A stretch of 64,000 bases of DNA from an uncultured archaeon (GCA_964342815.1 CAYFHS010000015.1:247-64246); one strand, 5' to 3'; positions 47,895 to 56,838 are shown, numbered from the stretch's first letter. The notes: generated from the letters alone by a model not told the origin. Program-made: numbers and translations.

Positions 47895-48320
47895 TTGAGT
47901 GAGTTCGAACCAAATATCGTAGCCTTTCTATGTAACTGGTGCTCGTATGCAGGAGCCGATCTTGCAGGTACATCGAGAGCCCAATACCCACCGAACGTTA
48001 AGGTCATACGTGTGATGTGTTCGAGCCGCATCAATCCGTTATTCCTGATAAACACACTTCAGCAAGGGGCTGACGGTGTACTGATCGGCGGCTGCCACCC
48101 TGGTGATTGTCATTATGTCCAGGGCAATTACTTCGCCAGGAGGAAGTTCGGCCTCATAAAGAGTCTTATGGAGCAAGTCGGCGTCGATCCGGCAAGAGTG
48201 AAAATGGCCTGGGTATCCGCCTCGGAGGGATCAAAGTTTGCTGAATTGATCCAGGAGCTTTCGGACGAATTGCGGGAGATTGGTCCCATGGAACAGTTCA
48301 AAAGGAGGGATGAGCTGTGA
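47895..48320 (+). CDS. mvhD: MvhD-type iron-sulfur protein (methyl-viologen-reducing hydrogenase delta subunit family)
   Basis: (M)SEFEPNIVAFLCNWCSYAGADLAGTSRAQYPPNVKVIRVMCSSRINPLFL...GADGVLIGGCHPGDCHY. The likely start is TTG at 47895, 7 nt after AAGGAGGTG. The track ORF starts at 47859. Confidence 0.85.
   Translation: MSEFEPNIVAFLCNWCSYAGADLAGTSRAQYPPNVKVIRVMCSSRINPLFLINTLQQGADGVLIGGCHPGDCHYVQGNYFARRKFGLIKSLMEQVGVDPARVKMAWVSASEGSKFAELIQELSDELREIGPMEQFKRRDEL
47901..47941 (+). repeat. Direct repeat copy 2 (functional mvhD 5' end)
   Basis: See copy 1. This copy continues in frame into the intact MvhD sequence CSYAGADLAGTSR. Confidence 0.9.
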
Positions 48321-49285
48321 TTACGGAAATTCGAGAGGCGGTGAAGGAATATCTGGCCCGTGATGATGTAAAATATGCCATTGGCTACGAAAAGGGAACC
48401 TACGGCTCAAAGGTCGCTCCGTCATTTGCATTTTCTCCGAAGGACGTTGATAAATTCATCTTTTCACCATTGTGCATCAATAACCTGGCCGTCTATCCGC
48501 TCCTAGAAGAAAAATTACCTTTACCAAGGGGACAGACAGCCGAGAAATCAAAGATTGTTGTTGTCCTGAAAGGATGTGACTCAAAGGCCATGCTCCAAAT
48601 AATCAACGAAAAGGGATTGTCCCGTGATGATATCATTATTATCGGAGTGTCCTGCTCCGGAGTCATAGACCCGAAAAAGCTTCAGGCAAAGTTCCCAAAT
48701 TCTCCAATCGACGCTGCCTATAAAGACGGTAAGTTCCTGCTGCTGGTCAATGGGGAAGAACAGCATATTTCAAAAGATGAACTCATCTTTGAGAAGTGCA
48801 AGGTATGTGAAAATCCCAATCCGGTTATCTACGATCTGCTTGTGGGAGAAAAGGTTGAACCAAAGGTCGACGATTTTACCGACGTTACAGCGAGGAAGGA
48901 CGATAAACCGGAGGAAAGATGGAACCACTGGGGACAGGAGTTCGACCGTTGTATCCGATGTTACGCCTGCAGAGGTGTTTGCCCCATGTGCTACTGCAAG
49001 AAGTGTATTGCAGAAGAGTTGAGACCGGCATGGATCGGACGTTCGGTAAATTTGTCAGAAAATACCGCTTGGAACCTGATCAGGGCCTACCACCTTGCAG
49101 GAAGATGCATCGATTGCGGTGAATGCGAGAGGGTTTGTCCCATGGACCTCCCATTACGGGAACTGAACCGAAAGATGGCAAAAGATGTTTTTGAGTTATT
49201 CGATTACAAGGCCGGAATCAACCTGGACGGGAAACCGGTTTTAGCTGTCTACAAACCCGATGACCCGGAGGATTTTATATTGTAG
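48317..49285 (+). CDS. 4Fe-4S dicluster protein (Flx/sulfhydrogenase-associated type) with an uncharacterised N-terminal domain
   Basis: CIRCYACRGVCPMCYC and CIDCGECERVCP are cluster motifs. The N-terminal domain includes VVVLKGCDSKAMLQI. The GTG start overlaps the mvhD stop (GTGA). Confidence 0.6.
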   Translation: MITEIREAVKEYLARDDVKYAIGYEKGTYGSKVAPSFAFSPKDVDKFIFSPLCINNLAVYPLLEEKLPLPRGQTAEKSKIVVVLKGCDSKAMLQIINEKGLSRDDIIIIGVSCSGVIDPKKLQAKFPNSPIDAAYKDGKFLLLVNGEEQHISKDELIFEKCKVCENPNPVIYDLLVGEKVEPKVDDFTDVTARKDDKPEERWNHWGQEFDRCIRCYACRGVCPMCYCKKCIAEELRPAWIGRSVNLSENTAWNLIRAYHLAGRCIDCGECERVCPMDLPLRELNRKMAKDVFELFDYKAGINLDGKPVLAVYKPDDPEDFIL

Positions 49286-49293
49286 GTGATAGC

Positions 49294-50304
49294 ATGATAT
49301 TGCCAAAGAACAAACTGAACCATTGGCTGGCCGCCCTGAAGAAACATGATCTGTTCACCCCTACCCGGAACGGTGACGTTGTTCTTTTCAGTCCCTTTTC
49401 CGGAGAAAAAGATGTCATTCTGGAGGGGAGGCCAACCTTGGGCCCCAAGGGTATATTGTTTCCCCAGACCGAAACCCTTTTTACATATCGTATCGGAAAA
49501 AATGCAGAAATTGTGGATGCTGCAGACAAGCGAACGAAGAGGATCATATTCGGCATCCGTCCCTGTGATGCCAGGGCGTTCTCGGTTCTGGATAATCTGT
49601 TCAAGGATGAATACCAGGACACTTATTACCTAAATGCGAGAGAAGCCACGACCCTGGTTGGTCTGACCTGTTCCCAGCCGAATACAAACTGTTTCTGTAC
49701 CTCCCTGTCCGGCAGCCCAGGTGAAAGAGACGACGTAGACATTCTGCTCACCGACCTCGGTGACGGATATTACGTTGATATCGTAACCGAAAAGGGACAA
49801 ATTTTGGTGGACGAGAACTATCAGCTCTTCTCGGAGGTCTCCGACAGTGACGAAAGCAGGAAAGAGGCAATAATAGCGGATGCGGAAAAAAGCATTTCAA
49901 GAATGATCGATTCCACCGACCTGCCCAACAAATTAGGGAAGATTTTCGAGAGTGACTATTGGAATAAGACCGCTATGAAATGTATCGGCTGCGGGACCTG
50001 CACATACCTCTGCCCAACCTGCTATTGTTTCGATATACAGGATGAGATTCAGGGTATAAAGGGTAAGAGAGCGCGAATGTGGGATTCATGCATGTACCCC
50101 GAATATACCATACACACGTCCGGCCACAATCCCAGGCCTGCCAGGATGAATAGAATTCGGAACAGGGTATATCACAAGTTCAAGTACTACCATGATAATT
50201 TTGACGTCCATCTCTGCATAGGATGCGGCAGATGCGTGGACAAATGTCCCGTGAACATAGATATAATCGACATAATAACCCATGTGAAGGAGGGAGCACA
50301 ATGA
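49294..50304 (+). CDS. AsrA / sulfhydrogenase-beta (HydB) / FlxB-C-like iron-sulfur protein
   Basis: CIGCGTCTYLCPTCYCFDIQDE...MWDSCMYPEYT...CIGCGRCVDKCPVNIDI is the characteristic AsrA/HydB-beta pattern. Confidence 0.7.
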   Translation: MILPKNKLNHWLAALKKHDLFTPTRNGDVVLFSPFSGEKDVILEGRPTLGPKGILFPQTETLFTYRIGKNAEIVDAADKRTKRIIFGIRPCDARAFSVLDNLFKDEYQDTYYLNAREATTLVGLTCSQPNTNCFCTSLSGSPGERDDVDILLTDLGDGYYVDIVTEKGQILVDENYQLFSEVSDSDESRKEAIIADAEKSISRMIDSTDLPNKLGKIFESDYWNKTAMKCIGCGTCTYLCPTCYCFDIQDEIQGIKGKRARMWDSCMYPEYTIHTSGHNPRPARMNRIRNRVYHKFKYYHDNFDVHLCIGCGRCVDKCPVNIDIIDIITHVKEGAQ

Positions 50305-51227
50305 GCAATCCCTATGTACCCCGTCTTGCCAAAGTTGTTGAGATACGCAAGGAAGTGGGGGGTCCAAGGCCGATTAAGACCTTCAAGATGGAATTCAATG
50401 ACCCGAATATAAGAAATTCTTTCGAGTTCAAACAGGGTCAGACCGCCATGCTGAGCGTTCTCGGTGTCGGGGAGAGTATGTTTGCCATATCGTCTCCCTC
50501 TACTCGAAAAGGATACATCGAGTGCAGCGTGATGAACGCAGGGGGGAAAAACACAACAGCCCTTCACCAACTGGAAGTGGGTGATACGGTTGCTATCCGC
50601 GGCCCTTACGGCAATCATTTTCCATTGGATGATTGGAAGGGAAAGAACCTGATATTCATCGGAGGAGGGATTGGGCAGGCGCCTTTGAGATCAGTCTATA
50701 TGACTGCTTTGGATCGAAGGGATGAGTTTGGGGATATCCTCATCATTTACGGGGCGCGGACCTCCGACGACCTGGCTTTCAAATACGAACTTGATGAACT
50801 GGAGAAACGGGAGGATGTTGACCTCAGATTATGTCTCGACTGGAAATTCGGCCCGGGGGGAAAGATACAGGAAGAGGCGGAAGCAGGATGGAAGGTTATC
50901 AACACCGAGGAACCTGCTTGTACACTGGATGAGGATTCATTATGTTCAAAGTTCACCTGTTTCGTGCCAGAATTGGTGCTGGTGATGGCCCCCCGTTCAG
51001 AAAACACCATTGCCTTGACCTGCGGGCCGCCCATAATGATCAAGTTCGTGGTTCAGAATTTATCGAAACTGGGATTCCACCCGCAGCAGATATATACCAC
51101 AATGGAGATGAGAATGAAATGCGGGATTGGTAAATGTGGTCGATGTAATATCGGAAATCTTTATGTATGCAAGGACGGCCCCGTTTTCACCAATGAAGAA
51201 TTGAAAAATGTACAAGGGGAGAGGTGA
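50301..51227 (+). CDS. AsrB / sulfhydrogenase-gamma / FlxA-like FAD-NAD(P)-binding [2Fe-2S] oxidoreductase (PyrK fold)
   Basis: MSNPYVPRLAKVVEI..., a ferredoxin-reductase-like barrel (GQTAMLSVLGVGESMFAISS), NAD motif LIFIGGGIGQAPLRS, and a C-terminal MKCGIGKCGRCNIG cluster. The ATG overlaps the upstream stop (ATGA at 50301-50304). Confidence 0.8.
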   Translation: MSNPYVPRLAKVVEIRKEVGGPRPIKTFKMEFNDPNIRNSFEFKQGQTAMLSVLGVGESMFAISSPSTRKGYIECSVMNAGGKNTTALHQLEVGDTVAIRGPYGNHFPLDDWKGKNLIFIGGGIGQAPLRSVYMTALDRRDEFGDILIIYGARTSDDLAFKYELDELEKREDVDLRLCLDWKFGPGGKIQEEAEAGWKVINTEEPACTLDEDSLCSKFTCFVPELVLVMAPRSENTIALTCGPPIMIKFVVQNLSKLGFHPQQIYTTMEMRMKCGIGKCGRCNIGNLYVCKDGPVFTNEELKNVQGER

Positions 51228-51232
51228 TATAG

Positions 51233-51646
51233 ATGGATGAATACGAGCCAAAGATCATAGCTTTCTGCTGTAACTGGTGCAGTTATGCCGGAGCGGACCT
51301 CGCCGGAACGTCGAGAACGCAATATCCGCCAAATGTCAGGATCATACGGGTAATGTGCTCGGGTATGGTACACCCTAATCTCGTTATTGAAGCCCTAACA
51401 AAGGGAGCGGATGGTGTGCTCATATGCGGATGTCATATTGGGGACTGCCACTATATCGAAGGGAACCACAGAACCGAGAAAAGGGCGGAGGCTATTGAGC
51501 TGATGCTGGAGGATTTTGGTCTTGAATACGAGAGATTCAGGCTGGAATGGGTATCGGCCAGCGAGGGAGCAAAATTTGCCCGAGTCGTAGGTGAAATGGT
51601 GGAGGATCTGAAAATGGTCGGACCCAGTCCTTACGCACCGATGTAA
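51233..51646 (+). CDS. mvhD: Second MvhD-type iron-sulfur protein (FlxD-like)
   Basis: MDEYEPKIIAFCCNWCSYAGADLAGTSRTQYPPNVRIIRVMCSGMVHPNLV...GADGVLICGCHIGDCHY. Confidence 0.85.
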   Translation: MDEYEPKIIAFCCNWCSYAGADLAGTSRTQYPPNVRIIRVMCSGMVHPNLVIEALTKGADGVLICGCHIGDCHYIEGNHRTEKRAEAIELMLEDFGLEYERFRLEWVSASEGAKFARVVGEMVEDLKMVGPSPYAPM

Positions 51647-51670
51647 TTACATTTCATATGAACTACCATT

Positions 51671-52180
51671 GTGAGCCTTATGGAAAACACGGACGTCCCG
51701 GATTATTTTAGCAGACCCATCCTGGTATTCGGCTGCGGGAATGATCTACTGGGTGATGACGGATTCGGCCCGGCAGTGATGGATTATTACCACAAAAAAC
51801 ATGAGATCCCGGATTTCGCTTGCGTTATGAACGTGGGAACCAGCATACGGAAGATCCTGTTCGACATCGTGATAGGTGAATCCAAACCTGACAAGATAGT
51901 GGTGATCGATGCTTTGGATGTCGGAAAAAAGGCCGGAGAGGTTTTCGAGCTGCCGTTGGATGATATTCCAGAAATCAAGATAGATGATTTTTCGATGCAT
52001 CAGGTACCTACCTCGAACCTCCTAAAGGAACTGAGAGATTACTGCAGTGTGGAGATAGTGATACTCGCTTGCCAGATAGAGAACATTCCCGAAATGGTCC
52101 AACCGGGTCTTTCGGTCAGTGTAAGCAAAGCGATCCCTGTAATGTGTGAGATGATCCATAAAATAATATACGCAGAGTAA
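51671..52180 (+). CDS. [NiFe]-hydrogenase maturation endopeptidase (HycI/FrhD/HoxW family)
   Basis: ILVFGCGNDLLGDDGFGPAV...VVIDALDVGKKAGEV...FSMHQ are conserved Asp/His metal-ligand motifs of the large-subunit C-terminal protease. The start is GTG at 51671 or ATG at 51680. Confidence 0.8.
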   Translation: MSLMENTDVPDYFSRPILVFGCGNDLLGDDGFGPAVMDYYHKKHEIPDFACVMNVGTSIRKILFDIVIGESKPDKIVVIDALDVGKKAGEVFELPLDDIPEIKIDDFSMHQVPTSNLLKELRDYCSVEIVILACQIENIPEMVQPGLSVSVSKAIPVMCEMIHKIIYAE

Positions 52181-52204
52181 CTATTTAAATTAAAATTTTC
52201 AAAA

Positions 52205-52423
52205 ATGGAGGAATCCATCATGGAAAACGATATAGACAGCTATAAGATCATAGAAGGTAAGAAATTCATGTGGGATGGTCTCGTATACGAAGAGGAAAAC
52301 AAGGCACAAGAGACTGAGAACGGATACAAGGAAAAGAATTTCGAGACAATGGTTTTGGAAGAAGAGGGAAAATTTCTGATCTATACCAGGCGGGAAGTAA
52401 CCGAGATAGTACTGGATGATTAG
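52205..52423 (+). CDS. Small acidic hypothetical protein
   Basis: A 72-aa ORF with AAAATGGAGGAA around the start. No family recognised. Confidence 0.3.
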   Translation: MEESIMENDIDSYKIIEGKKFMWDGLVYEEENKAQETENGYKEKNFETMVLEEEGKFLIYTRREVTEIVLDD

Positions 52424-52580
52424 AACTGTTTTCAATAATTTTGGTGACAGGTATAGTCGGATAACTGGGTGAATTACCGTTTCAGCCACCGGCATCATTC
52501 TTGCCGACTCTGTACCACCGCTGATACCAATGGTATTTCGGTATCTAAAAATCTAAATACAGCAAAATCAGTTCAGATAT

Positions 52581-53231
52581 TCAATAACTCGGACAGCGGA
52601 TTGGATCGTCAGGGTTCTTTCCCCGCAAATGGGCCCTGACGTGAGCTTTCCATTCCTCTTTTGAAGATAAACACTGCTGCCTTTTTATTTTGGATATGGA
52701 AGTACCAAGCACACCCGGTAGAACTCCGATGCTCGACGCCACGAATTTCTGTGCAGTTTCCACATCTTCAGCCACAAAGGAAAACAATATACTGTCAGTG
52801 AATAAATGGAAAGTATATGCAAGATAAACTGGGATAACATCAGAGGTTTCGGGAAAATTCGATATTGTATTGTATATGTTTTCGAATTCTCTTGGGTATG
52901 CCTTTATTGTGACTGTAAACCTCGTTTGTTCCCTTAACAGGCTTTCTTTGATATAGAAAAACTTCATATTGGTGGGACTGAACATCCAAATGGCATCCAC
53001 TCCTTTGATCTTGGCGATCCTCTTTGCGACAAAATCTCCCAGGACATCGGGGTCCTCTGCTTTTATAAAGAGACTTGTATCTTCATGTTTTGCACGTTTA
53101 GTAATATACACGAGTTTTGCTTTTCCCTCAAACTCTTTTTCCAATTCTTCTTGATTTTCCAATATGTAGTTCCAAAGCACATCGCTTCCTCGGCCAGTCT
53201 TTACACGTACGATTGCTATCATATATATCAA
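52581..53231 (-). CDS. Hypothetical protein, possibly two ACT/RAM-like alpha-beta domains
   Basis: MIAIVRVKTGRGSD... and TVTIKAYPREFENIYNTIS... each look like a beta-alpha-beta-beta-alpha-beta unit. Weak pattern-level call. Confidence 0.35.
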   Translation of the reverse strand: MIYMIAIVRVKTGRGSDVLWNYILENQEELEKEFEGKAKLVYITKRAKHEDTSLFIKAEDPDVLGDFVAKRIAKIKGVDAIWMFSPTNMKFFYIKESLLREQTRFTVTIKAYPREFENIYNTISNFPETSDVIPVYLAYTFHLFTDSILFSFVAEDVETAQKFVASSIGVLPGVLGTSISKIKRQQCLSSKEEWKAHVRAHLRGKNPDDPIRCPSY

Positions 53232-53477
53232 CCTCTTTAGCTTTTAAATGGGTAATTTGTTCCTGAATGATTCAATCCTTCCGTAAATATTATTATTATT
53301 ATTACAGGGGAATGCTGGGAACCATAAACTAAGGGATTCCCCCATGTCTTTCGCCGGACTTGACTTCCGTCCATCGGAAAACGTTGAGGGATTTAGATTT
53401 GTTATGGTTCTCCAGCATTGCATTGGATTTCAAGGATGTTAATCCTATTTTCTTCAAGAATTGAGATTTGCTTGATT

Positions 53478-54923
53478 TCAGTTCTTGAAGCTATCCAATA
53501 GATTTCCTTCATGGTCGACGATATCCACTTTCACGGCGATGGTGCCGTCGAGATTGTGTGTCGCACAACTCAGGCAGGGATCATAGGCTCTGATGGCCAT
53601 TTCCACCATATTCAGGATACCCTCATCATAATGGCCATCCTTTATCAACGTGGTGGCAGCCTGTTTTACGGACATGTTGATGGGTGCGTTGTTATGTGTC
53701 GTTCCCACTATAATGTTCACATTCGTCAACAAACCATTTTCATCAGTTGTGTAATCGTGGATCAGTGTTCCCCTTGGAGCCTCTACACAGCCAACACCCC
53801 TTGCGGCACGCGGAGTCACCTTAACACGGGTTTCCCTACCGGTGATCTCCGGGTCATGAAGCAGTTCCAATGCGTGTTCAGCGTGATAAACCAACTCGAT
53901 GAGTCTTGCCCAATGATACAGCAAAGTTGCCTGGACAGGACGTCCAAATGCGGCTCTGAATTCCTCGAATTCGGTCTGCGCCAATGGAGTTGCCATTTTA
54001 TCAGCTACATTTATTCGTGCCAGTGTATTCGTTCGATAAATTCCTTTCGGTGCCGCCAGGTCCATATCGAATCCTTCGCCCCAGGACTTTGCATAAGGGA
54101 ATTTCATGTAACTCCAAGGCAGTACCTTCTCACCTATGTGATCGAGATACTGGTCGTATGCAAAATCAGTATAGGTACCGTCGGGCTTCATCAATCGCAG
54201 ATTCCCATCATAGCAATTGAGTGAGCCGTCCCCGGTAACTGTTCCAAGGAAACCTGTGTTTATCACACCCACGGTTTTCACGGCATCCAGATAAGCTGGG
54301 AAAATATTTTTCTTGGCAAAATCGATGGTGAACTTGGCAAATTCCAGTATCTCTTCCGCCAAGGGTATCAGTTTCTGTCGCTCCGATTCCATGAGTGGTT
54401 TGCTGAATCCACCCGGAACGGCCGTGACCGGGTGAATGGACTTTCCGCTCAATATATGTAGCATCTGTGCGCCAAGATGTCGGTTACGGATCACCTTTTT
54501 GGCAATATCGGGATGTTTCTGTGCGATACCTATCACGTTCCTGACGGAATAATCCGCATCGGGGCCCATGACAAAGTCAGCTCCCGCGAGGAAATAGAAA
54601 TGAAGTATGTGTTCTTCGGTATAGGCGACGCTGTTGCAGAGATCCCTCAATTTTTTCCCGGTTGGTGTGGGGGTTACTCCATACACAGCATCATTGGCCT
54701 TTGCCGATGCCAGATGATGTGACCACGGGCAAACTCCGCAAATGCTCGTTACTATGCGCGGCATTTCTTCCACGGGCCGACCGAGGCAGAACTTCTCGAA
54801 TCCTCTCAGTTCCACAGTTTGGAATCTCGTGTCTGCAACATTCCCTTCATCGTTCAATTCGATCACAACTTTCCCATGACCTTCAAGTCTTGATACTGGA
54901 GCTATCGTTAATGTCTTTCCCAT
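53478..54923 (-). CDS. mvhA: F420-non-reducing (Mvh-type, group 3c-like) [NiFe] hydrogenase large subunit
   Basis: The start is reset to the ATG at 54923 (AGGAGGTGAATGAT upstream), giving MGKTLTIAPVSRLEGHGKV. RICGVCPWSHH is the N-terminal CxxC Ni-Fe ligand pair. DPCLSCATH is the C-terminal pair. A cleavable extension of about 25 aa follows. Confidence 0.9.
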   Translation of the reverse strand: MGKTLTIAPVSRLEGHGKVVIELNDEGNVADTRFQTVELRGFEKFCLGRPVEEMPRIVTSICGVCPWSHHLASAKANDAVYGVTPTPTGKKLRDLCNSVAYTEEHILHFYFLAGADFVMGPDADYSVRNVIGIAQKHPDIAKKVIRNRHLGAQMLHILSGKSIHPVTAVPGGFSKPLMESERQKLIPLAEEILEFAKFTIDFAKKNIFPAYLDAVKTVGVINTGFLGTVTGDGSLNCYDGNLRLMKPDGTYTDFAYDQYLDHIGEKVLPWSYMKFPYAKSWGEGFDMDLAAPKGIYRTNTLARINVADKMATPLAQTEFEEFRAAFGRPVQATLLYHWARLIELVYHAEHALELLHDPEITGRETRVKVTPRAARGVGCVEAPRGTLIHDYTTDENGLLTNVNIIVGTTHNNAPINMSVKQAATTLIKDGHYDEGILNMVEMAIRAYDPCLSCATHNLDGTIAVKVDIVDHEGNLLDSFKN

Positions 54924-54928
54924 ATCAT

Positions 54929-55882
54929 TCACCTCCTTACGCGTCTCACTGGTAACGGCCTGAGCCTGTTCTGTCCACCGATATACCTGTTCAAAAGGGC
55001 TCTTCGGTCCTCGATCTGTTTCGCATCCAGACCTATGCTGGATAGTGCGCCTAACATGTCTACCAGTGGATTCGCTCCCTTGCGGACCGGTCCGAAGCAA
55101 CCCCTGCACGGCATATAGCCTTGTACGCATCGCGGTACATTCGTTCCACCGCTGTCTTCAGTTGCACAACCTGAACGGGTCACCGGGCCCAGACACAGGA
55201 ATCCCTGTTCCATGAGGCACCTTGTGTTCTCCCAGGGCTCACCCTGGGCGAAGGCTATATCTTCCAGTGGACGTTTAAGTGCGACGTCCGCTTTCTTATC
55301 ACGTTTAACCGGGCAGGTGTCGCACACGCTCTTTTCCTCCATCTCGAAAGGTTTCCCTTCGAGAAGGCTTGTGAGAGCATCAACGATCAATCCCGGTCTT
55401 GTGGGACAACCCGGGATATATACATCCACCGGTACGACCTCATCCAAAGCATAAACCCGATCCAATAATGGAGGCAGATTTTCCGTAGGTGTCTCCCCAG
55501 GGTCCGTGGAATCGGTATTTCGATATACCTTCTCATATAATCCCTCAAGCGTTGTCATATTCGCCAACGCAGGAATCCCGCCAAAACAGGCACAGGATCC
55601 CAGGGAAATGAGCGTTCCGCATTTCTCTCTCATCGCTTCGGCAACGTGTTTCTCTTTTTCGTTTCGTATCCCACCGGAGATTATACCCACATCGGCTTCG
55701 GGTATCTCAATTACGTTTGGATCGCCTTCCCCAGTTTGACCATGATACTTGTGATCCATTAGGACCGGGATATGGACAAATTCTAGAGCCGGAAGCAGGT
55801 CCAAAAGTGGTTCTCCAATGTCGAGTATGGAAACTTCACATCCACCACAGATGTTAAGCCACTCTTCTGCTACTTTTACCAT
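54929..55882 (-). CDS. mvhG: Mvh-type [NiFe] hydrogenase small subunit
   Basis: MVKVAEEWLNICGGCEVSILD..., GSCACFGGIPA, GCPTRP, and distal cluster cysteines. Confidence 0.9.
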   Translation of the reverse strand: MVKVAEEWLNICGGCEVSILDIGEPLLDLLPALEFVHIPVLMDHKYHGQTGEGDPNVIEIPEADVGIISGGIRNEKEKHVAEAMREKCGTLISLGSCACFGGIPALANMTTLEGLYEKVYRNTDSTDPGETPTENLPPLLDRVYALDEVVPVDVYIPGCPTRPGLIVDALTSLLEGKPFEMEEKSVCDTCPVKRDKKADVALKRPLEDIAFAQGEPWENTRCLMEQGFLCLGPVTRSGCATEDSGGTNVPRCVQGYMPCRGCFGPVRKGANPLVDMLGALSSIGLDAKQIEDRRALLNRYIGGQNRLRPLPVRRVRR

Positions 55883-56165
55883 TTTTTTCCCTCCTAGGAT
55901 GTTTATTTAGTATTTATGGACAACTACCTTAATAATAATTATCCTTTCTACCAAACATTGGATGATTATTTGTATTTTATTCACCCAATGGGCTTTTAAT
56001 CAATTCGGACTAAATAATCTGTTTGTATATTAAATTTAACCAGTAAACGCTTTTGCATATGAAAATTGCATAGCCATACACTGAGTTGTGCATTCTTAAT
56101 CAATAGGAAAATTTAAATATCGATTCTTTTATATACAACAGCGATCCTACTTAATAGTATCCCGA

Positions 56166-56176
56166 TTTATATAAAA
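56166..56176 (+). promoter_or_regulatory. Candidate TATA box, leaderless spacing to ATG 56197
   Basis: TTTATATAAAA is centred about 27 nt upstream of the ATG, with no Shine-Dalgarno. Confidence 0.4.
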
Positions 56177-56196
56177 TGTAACACTAGGTGGCTCCG

Positions 56197-56838
56197 ATGA
56201 AATGTATCGTATGCAAGGATGAAATGATATACAAAGACCTTAAGAATGTCGAGATAGATGTATGTCCCGGTTGCGGAGGGACATGGTTGGACGGGGGGGA
56301 GTTGAAAGAATTAACCGGTTTCGACATTGGTGCCGGTCGATTGCTCTCATGCTACAAATGCGAGGTGGTTATGCAGACGAAGATGGTTCGCGGAGTTGAG
56401 ATCGACATTTGTCCCGACTGTTCCTCCATTTGGCTGGACGGCGGTGAACTCAAGCAGTTAGCGGATCTTGACTACGAAGCCGGCAGAGTAATAATATGCC
56501 CGAAATGCAACGTACATCTGCAAACGAAGGTGCACAGGGGAGTCGAGATCGACATTTGTCCGGATTGCACGGGAGTCTACCTGGACAGGGGTGAACTGGA
56601 ACGATTGACGGCCCTCGAGAGTCAAAAGGGAGTAAAGACGGGTATCAGTCAGTTCCTGCACGATGCTCACGATATGCGTATAAAAGTGGCTGTTAGAACG
56701 TTCAATGAGGGAAGGCATGATAGAGGTAGGGCAGCGGATCTTGCAGGTCTTTCACTTGAAGAATTTGATAAAATCATTGAAAAACACAAATATTCAAACA
56801 TTCTTGAAAAACATCATTCAAAGCTCCGCCGTCCATAG
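56197..56838 (+). CDS. Triple zinc-ribbon (zf-TFIIB-like, C4) repeat protein with a C-terminal small HTH-like (UPF0175-like) domain
   Basis: Three 49-aa repeats of CxxC-x17-CPxC-x3-W/YLDxGEL (first Cys at residues 3, 52 and 101, counted from the ATG at 56197). The tail RAADLAGLSLEEFDKIIEKH is HTH-like. Confidence 0.6.
   Translation: MKCIVCKDEMIYKDLKNVEIDVCPGCGGTWLDGGELKELTGFDIGAGRLLSCYKCEVVMQTKMVRGVEIDICPDCSSIWLDGGELKQLADLDYEAGRVIICPKCNVHLQTKVHRGVEIDICPDCTGVYLDRGELERLTALESQKGVKTGISQFLHDAHDMRIKVAVRTFNEGRHDRGRAADLAGLSLEEFDKIIEKHKYSNILEKHHSKLRRP

Larger units (their letters stand above)
47704..47898 (+). other. 64-codon chimeric ORF carrying a duplicated mvhD 5' end (remnant or coupling ORF)
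   Basis: MSEEVQAEFEPDIVAFLCNWW matches the MvhD N-terminus and then diverges into WSFFLCAIFCAGSPS.... Its ATG overlaps the stop of the upstream gene (ATGA at 47704-47707). Its TGA overlaps the TTG start of mvhD (TTGA at 47895-47898). Confidence 0.4.

Noticed and set aside
40787-55882. Selenocysteine (in-frame TGA) recoding in hdrA, mvhD, mvhA or mvhG
   Set aside because: All these genes read through as uninterrupted ORFs with Cys at the relevant positions. No in-frame TGA needs explaining.
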